Source: Thermoanaerobaculia bacterium (GTDB lineage: Bacteria; Acidobacteriota; Thermoanaerobaculia; Multivoradales; Multivoraceae). Taken from it: a stretch of DNA of 64,000 nt. The DNA is taken from contig OY761158.1 in NCBI GenBank assembly GCA_963664405.1, positions 4,224,001 through 4,288,000 of the forward strand, given 5' to 3'. The notes below the pieces were generated by a model that saw nothing but the letters and a program-made list of their open reading frames with translations, made no database searches and was not told the origin of the DNA. Below, piece after piece: positions 59,249 through 64,000 of the stretch. Position 1 is the stretch's first letter, and every line of letters begins with the position of its first letter. The position numbers and the translations under genes are program-made.

Positions 59249-60163
59249 CCTTGCGCTGACCAGGAGCCTGGCTCTCGTCCATGGCCCCAGGCGAGGTGGC
59301 TGCGCTTCCAAAGGCCCAGCCTCGACCCTCTTCGCCACCTCGAGAGCGGCTGCGAGCAGAAAGCGAGCGGCCGGCCGAAATCTCGACGGAAGCTCCCCGA
59401 GCTCTGGGTGACTCGCAACCGTCCTTCGGATGCCTTGGCTCACCTCGATGAGAGCTTGGCCGGAGGGCTCGGTCGAAGCCGTCGGCTCCTCTCGCGGGGC
59501 AAGCAGCGAGTGGGTTTGCGCAAGAGCTAAGGCGATCTCCTCGAGTGATGGATCGAGAGCTCCGAAGAGAGCCTGCGCTCCAGCCTGGAAGAGGCGTACC
59601 AGCTCCTCTTCGCCCGTGGCGGCGCCGCGGGTGGAGTCGGCCGAGATCCGCATACGGGCGATCGAGGCGAGCTCGTCGAAGGCCTCGCGGGGCCAGGGTC
59701 GCTCTCGTTCCAGCGCGGCCATCGCGACGAAGATCGGTTGGCCCGGAGGCTGGCCGTCGAAAGACTGCTCGAGTGCGTACTGCCAGCGATTGATCTGGGC
59801 GAGACGCTCGCCCTCGAGACCGGGGTCGTTGGCGAAGTCGAGAAGGGTTCTCGTCCAGGCCAGAAGGGCGCGTACTCGCAAACGCTCGGTGTTAGGTAGC
59901 AGCAGCAGTGCTGGTGCCAGGTCTTGGAGCAGATGACGGCTGATCTCGCCGCATACGGCGCGGGCCCGCGCGAGATCGAAGTCGTCAGTGGGGGGCTGCA
60001 GCTGGTCGAAGCGAGAATGTTCGCTTCCCTGCGGCGGCAGAGGTCCGGCAATCGGTCTCTGCGGAGGAGCGTCGGTGGTCTCGCCCAAGAGTGAGACGAA
60101 ACGCTCAGGGCGTGCTGGGACCTTGCCTCTCGGCGCTCCCGAATCGGATCCCTGATCGCTCAT
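59213..60163 (-). CDS. Degenerate squalene/phytoene synthase-fold protein (HpnC/HpnD-like)
   Basis: ERLRVRALLAW...DFAND...ERLAQINRW...QPIFVAM and C-terminal PRLG resemble HpnC; the Asp-rich motifs are missing. Confidence 0.6.
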   Translation of the reverse strand: MSDQGSDSGAPRGKVPARPERFVSLLGETTDAPPQRPIAGPLPPQGSEHSRFDQLQPPTDDFDLARARAVCGEISRHLLQDLAPALLLLPNTERLRVRALLAWTRTLLDFANDPGLEGERLAQINRWQYALEQSFDGQPPGQPIFVAMAALERERPWPREAFDELASIARMRISADSTRGAATGEEELVRLFQAGAQALFGALDPSLEEIALALAQTHSLLAPREEPTASTEPSGQALIEVSQGIRRTVASHPELGELPSRFRPAARFLLAAALEVAKRVEAGPLEAQPPRLGPWTRARLLVSARLGACPRIRTGE

Positions 60164-60205
60164 GATGTTTGTTGGGGCCGCTTTCTTGTTGAGTCGAGCC
60201 AAATC

Positions 60206-60224
60206 TAAGTGCACTATAAGTGCA
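60206..60224 (+). promoter_or_regulatory. Putative VapBC operator
   Basis: Palindrome TGCACT-ATA-AGTGCA (60210-60224) and direct repeat TAAGTGCA x2 abutting the antitoxin ATG. Confidence 0.5.
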
Positions 60225-60454
60225 TGGCAGTGAAAACGATCACTATCGACCTAGAGGCCTACGAGCTTCTCGCCCGACGGAAGCGGAAGGGCCAGTCTTT
60301 TTCCAAGGTGATCAAGGAACACTTCGGATCGCCAACCGGTGGCGATCTGATGACTATCGTCGACCGACTTGCCGTTGAAGAGACGGCTTTGGATGCCATG
60401 GACGAGATCATCGCGCGCCGACGCGAAGACCCCGCTCGATCCGCGGATCTGTGA
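60224..60454 (+). CDS. vapB: VapB antitoxin (DUF217-like, common in archaea)
   Basis: [13 protein letters not shown]...GQSFSKVI pattern; GTGA overlap with the PIN toxin gene. Confidence 0.85.
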   Translation: MAVKTITIDLEAYELLARRKRKGQSFSKVIKEHFGSPTGGDLMTIVDRLAVEETALDAMDEIIARRREDPARSADL

Positions 60455-60855
60455 TCCATCTCGACACCAGCTTCATCGTCGATCTTGTGCGCGAGGCACA
60501 GCGTGGCGAAGGAGGCCCAGAGACTCGTCTGCTGCGCAGGCTCGAGAGCGAAGAGCTAGCCATAAGTACCTTTGTGCTCTGCGAGCTGAGGGCGGGGGCC
60601 GAGATGGCCCGAAACCCCATCTCCGAGCATGAGACGGTCGACCTGATTGAAGAGACGCTCTCGGTTGCGTCAGCCGACGTCTCCACGGCTGTGCACTACG
60701 GCCACAGTCTTGCGCTCCTCCGGCGACGAGGAGAGGTCATTGCGACAATGGACCTGCTGATTGCGTCAGTGAGCTTGGCGGCGGGAGCGTCTCTTGTCAC
60801 CCGCAATCGAAAGCACTTCGATCGCGTGCCTGGCCTGAAGTTGATCGACTACTGA
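60451..60855 (+). CDS. vapC: VapC PIN-domain toxin
   Basis: LDTSF, EL-AG, DLLIA, LVTRN-KHF-RVPGL. Confidence 0.92.
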   Translation: MIHLDTSFIVDLVREAQRGEGGPETRLLRRLESEELAISTFVLCELRAGAEMARNPISEHETVDLIEETLSVASADVSTAVHYGHSLALLRRRGEVIATMDLLIASVSLAAGASLVTRNRKHFDRVPGLKLIDY

Positions 60856-60961
60856 TCCGCTCGGAGCCTGCGCGGCAGGAAACGAAACCGGGGACGCGGT
60901 GCCGCGGCTCGGTACGCTGCGACGGCCGGCTCTAAGGCTTGCAGAATCGGTCTTTACCGTT

Positions 60962-61558
60962 ACCCGAAGCGAATAGGAAGCAATGCCCAAGTGCGCCGTC
61001 CTCGGCGCCAAACAGCAACGAGCCGGAGGAAGTGATACCCATCACTTGTGTAGGCGAGCGCCGTCCTCGGCGCCAGACAGCAGCCTAGCCGCAGGAGATG
61101 ATAGCGATCATTTCCGTAGGCTAGGGGACGAAAAGCGAATAGGAAGCAATGCCCAAGTGCGCCGTCCTCGGCGCCAGACGGTAACCTAGCCGCAGGAAAT
61201 GATAGCGATCATTTCCGTAGGGTAGGGCCGAAGCGGTTTCCCGGAGCGAATAGGAAGCAATGCCCAAGTGCGCCGTCCTCGGCGCCAGACGGTAACCTAG
61301 CCGCAGGAGATGATAGCGATCATTTCCGTAGGGTAGGGCCGAAGCGGTTTCCCGGAGCGAATAGGAAGCAATGCCCAAGTGCGCCGTCCTCGGCGCCAGA
61401 CGGTAACCTAGCCGCAGGAGATGATAGCGATCATTTCCGTAGGGTAGGGCCGAAGCGGTTTCCCGGAGCGAATAGGAAGCAATGCCCAAGTGCGCCGTCC
61501 TCGGCGCCAGACGGTAACCTAGCCGCAGGAAATGATAGCGATCATTTCCGTAGGCTAG
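60962..61558 (-). repeat. Family-A array 3 (reverse orientation): four units at a 111 bp period plus two degenerate units
   Basis: GCGAATAGGAAGC at 61135, 61246, 61357, 61468; same two hairpins as arrays 1 and 2. Confidence 0.95.
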
Positions 61559-61715
61559 GGACGAATCTCGTAGTAGGCGTTGAAGATGTCTCCCTCGTAG
61601 TCGATCTGCCGGAAGCGGCTGAAGTCGGCGAGCGCCGCTACCTGGCCGCCCACCCTTTGCCGGGGCCGAAGGCCGACTTTCATCAGCCGAACGCCTTCCC
61701 GCTTCTCCCGTCCGA

Positions 61716-62807
61716 CTAAGAGACCAGTCCCTGAGCGCGTGCGGCTTCCTCGCGAACCAGCTCGGGCGCGCCAAGTAGTTGGCGATTGAAGCCGATGCGC
61801 TTGAACCAGTAGTGAAGCCCGAGAAGATCGGTAAATCCCATGCCGCCGTGCACTTCCGTTGCGGTGCGCGCGACGAACTGGCCCACTTCGGCTAGATGCG
61901 CCTTGGCGTGACAGATCATGAGCCGCGCTTCTTCGGGGATCGCGGTCACGGAGTGCGCGGCATACCAGATCAGCGAGCGACAGGGCTCGAGCTCGGCTGC
62001 CATCTCAGAGCACATATGTTTGACTGCTTGGAACGATCCGATGGGCCGATTAAACTGTCGTCGCTCCTTGGCGTAGGCGACAGATTGGTTGAGCATCGCC
62101 TGGGCGGCGCCCAAGGTGTCGGCGGCGAGCATGAGACGGCCCGCATCGATGGTTGCGAGCAGGGGCTCCCGGTTCTCGACCGAGCCTGGAAGCACCTCGG
62201 CGGAGGTCAAATCGAGTGAGATCTCCGCAACGGATCGAGTGCGATCGACGGTGTTGAGCTTTTTGCGATCGAGGCCCTCGGCGTCACCGGCAACCAGATG
62301 GAGGGCGCCGGTCACATCGGCGATCACGTAGGCGTCGGCTTCCATCGCTTCCAACACGAACATGGCGGTGCCGTCGAGGTTGCCGTCCGACGCGCTTATG
62401 CCGTTGCCCGTCCGACGGGCGATCTGCTCGGTGACTCCGACCGCAAGGGTCTTCTCGCCGGATGCCAGCTTGGGAAGCCACTCTGTCTTTTGAGCGTCGC
62501 TGCCACCGGCCAAGAGAGCGGTCGGGGCCATGACAGAGGTTGCGGCGAACGGAACCGGAGCGACGGCGTAACCGAGGGTCTCGGCGACCAAGGCCGCTTC
62601 GAGAAAGCCCAGCCCGACTCCGCCGAATTCTTCGGGGATGAGAATGCCGGGAATCTCCAGGTCGCGAGCGCTCTGGTAAACGTCGTCTGCGATCGTTTCT
62701 TCTGCGTCAGCGACCTCACGCACGCGCTCCAGGGGGCACTGCGACTGAAGGAAGCGGGCGACACTCTGCTGCAGCATCTGCTGCGCTGGATCTAGTAGGA
62801 ATTCCAT
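61716..62807 (-). CDS. Acyl-CoA dehydrogenase family protein (short, probably non-catalytic partner subunit)
   Basis: PEEFGG, RRQFNRPIGSFQAVKH, VHGGMGFT. Confidence 0.9.
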   Translation of the reverse strand: MEFLLDPAQQMLQQSVARFLQSQCPLERVREVADAEETIADDVYQSARDLEIPGILIPEEFGGVGLGFLEAALVAETLGYAVAPVPFAATSVMAPTALLAGGSDAQKTEWLPKLASGEKTLAVGVTEQIARRTGNGISASDGNLDGTAMFVLEAMEADAYVIADVTGALHLVAGDAEGLDRKKLNTVDRTRSVAEISLDLTSAEVLPGSVENREPLLATIDAGRLMLAADTLGAAQAMLNQSVAYAKERRQFNRPIGSFQAVKHMCSEMAAELEPCRSLIWYAAHSVTAIPEEARLMICHAKAHLAEVGQFVARTATEVHGGMGFTDLLGLHYWFKRIGFNRQLLGAPELVREEAARAQGLVS

Positions 62808-62829
62808 GTTGAGGTCCTAGTACAGGACA

Positions 62830-63999
62830 CTAGATGGGGTGCTCGAACTTGGGCTCTTTCGGCAGTCCCAAGACCCGCTCGCCGATGAGGTTCTTTTGGA
62901 TCTGGGCGGTACCGCCACCGATGATCAGCCCCAGATCCATCATGTAACGGTGCTGCCACAATCCGTTGTCGCGGAGGTGAGGGCTGTTGTCGTAGAGGAT
63001 GCCGATCTCGCCCAGGACATCGATCGCCAGTCCCGCGACCTGGTGATTGAGCTCGCAGCCTTGCAGTTTGACGATCCAGCGCGCCAGGCCGGGGTCCTCG
63101 CCTTTGATCTCGTGTGACAGACAGCGCATCCCGTTGAACTTCATCGACAGAATTCTCCCTTGGAGTGCCATTGCGCGGTCGCGATAGCTCGGAATGTCGA
63201 TGATTCGCTCGCCGTTGATGGTCTCTTCTTTCATCAAGTCGAGAACATATCCGAAGCGCTTCTCCGCTTCGTCGGGGTCGCCGAGCCCGCCACGCTCGTG
63301 TTTCAAGGTGGCATTGGCTACGTACCAGCCCTCGCCGCGCTTGCCGACGATCGAGGTGATTGGTACTCGGCAATCGGTGAAGAAGACCTCGTTGAATTGC
63401 GAGTCGCCGGTCATCTGCTTGAGCGGCCGGACCTCGATTCCCGGGGTGTCCATCGAGATGAGGAGGTAGCTGATGCCCTGATGCTTGGGTAGATCGGGCT
63501 CGGTGCGCACCAAGCAGAACATCCATTCGGCAGTCTTGGCACCGGAGGTCCAGATCTTGGAGCCATTGATGACGAACTCGTCGCCGTCGACATGAGCCCG
63601 GGTCTGCAGAGACGCCAGGTCTGAGCCCGAGCCCGGCTCTGAATAGCCCTGACACCAGCTGATCTCTCCGCGGACGCTCGGACCGACAAAGAACTGTCGC
63701 TGCTCTTCGGTACCGAGCTCGAGAAGAACTGGAACGATTCGGTCGTCGCCGCTGTGGCCGGACGGAACCCTGGCGTGTGCGAATTCTTCGGCAAGGATGC
63801 GCGATCTGAGAATGTCGGGCTCGAGTCCTGCTCCACCATATTTTTTTGGAACCGTGCATGCGGCATATCCGTGCTCGATGAGCAGCTGCTGCCACTCGCG
63901 AGCGGACATCGTTCTGCGCTCGCCGTTCGCCGGTGCCTTGGCTTTGTTCTGCTCCAAGAATGCACGTACTTCGGCGCGATAGTCCTCGTACTCTTCGCT
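62830..63999 (-). CDS. Acyl-CoA dehydrogenase, 5'-truncated by the window edge
   Basis: WCQGYSEPGSGSDLASL, NGSKIWTS, FNEVFF, HER, IGGGT; frame open to the window end. Confidence 0.93.
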   Translation of the reverse strand, partial: SEEYEDYRAEVRAFLEQNKAKAPANGERRTMSAREWQQLLIEHGYAACTVPKKYGGAGLEPDILRSRILAEEFAHARVPSGHSGDDRIVPVLLELGTEEQRQFFVGPSVRGEISWCQGYSEPGSGSDLASLQTRAHVDGDEFVINGSKIWTSGAKTAEWMFCLVRTEPDLPKHQGISYLLISMDTPGIEVRPLKQMTGDSQFNEVFFTDCRVPITSIVGKRGEGWYVANATLKHERGGLGDPDEAEKRFGYVLDLMKEETINGERIIDIPSYRDRAMALQGRILSMKFNGMRCLSHEIKGEDPGLARWIVKLQGCELNHQVAGLAIDVLGEIGILYDNSPHLRDNGLWQHRYMMDLGLIIGGGTAQIQKNLIGERVLGLPKEPKFEHPI

Positions 64000-64000
64000 G

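Noticed and set aside
61121-61774. 217 aa ORF with 37 aa tandem repeats
   Set aside because: By-product of the 111 bp DNA period; the same element has non-triplet periods (119, 121, 127, 128 bp) elsewhere and the ORF overlaps the ACAD gene.

Overview
GC-rich bacterial chromosomal window; gene content and order are most compatible with an Acidobacteriota (Thermoanaerobaculia-like) genome, which is an inference and not a database result. Housekeeping and metabolic blocks: ffh-rpsP-khpA-rimM-trmD-rplS-rnhB-TPR-rarA; a dsbD/thioredoxin pair; a Tat-exported xanthine-dehydrogenase-family molybdoenzyme operon with three uncharacterised accessory genes; mqnD-icd-sucCD-ndk; divergent ligD/ku; a stand-alone infC. 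A ~17 kb isoprenoid region couples hopanoid genes (shc, hpnH, hpnA, hpnG-like) to an archaeal-style modified mevalonate operon (fni, class I HMGR, MVK, MvaD/PMD, IPK) and a one-step squalene synthase. Two complete IS elements are resolved to the base: ISAzo13-family (TTA duplication) and ISL3-family (CAGAAATG duplication). The most unusual signal is non-coding. Two families of CTAG-bounded structured repeats mostly start at the TAG stop codon of a gene. Family B has four long hairpins with 162/165 bp periods, interchangeable outer arms, a covarying core and strand-specific G-T wobbles. Family A is a two-hairpin unit amplified into locus-specific tandem arrays of about 128, 120 and 111 bp. No rRNA, tRNA or CRISPR array was recognised.
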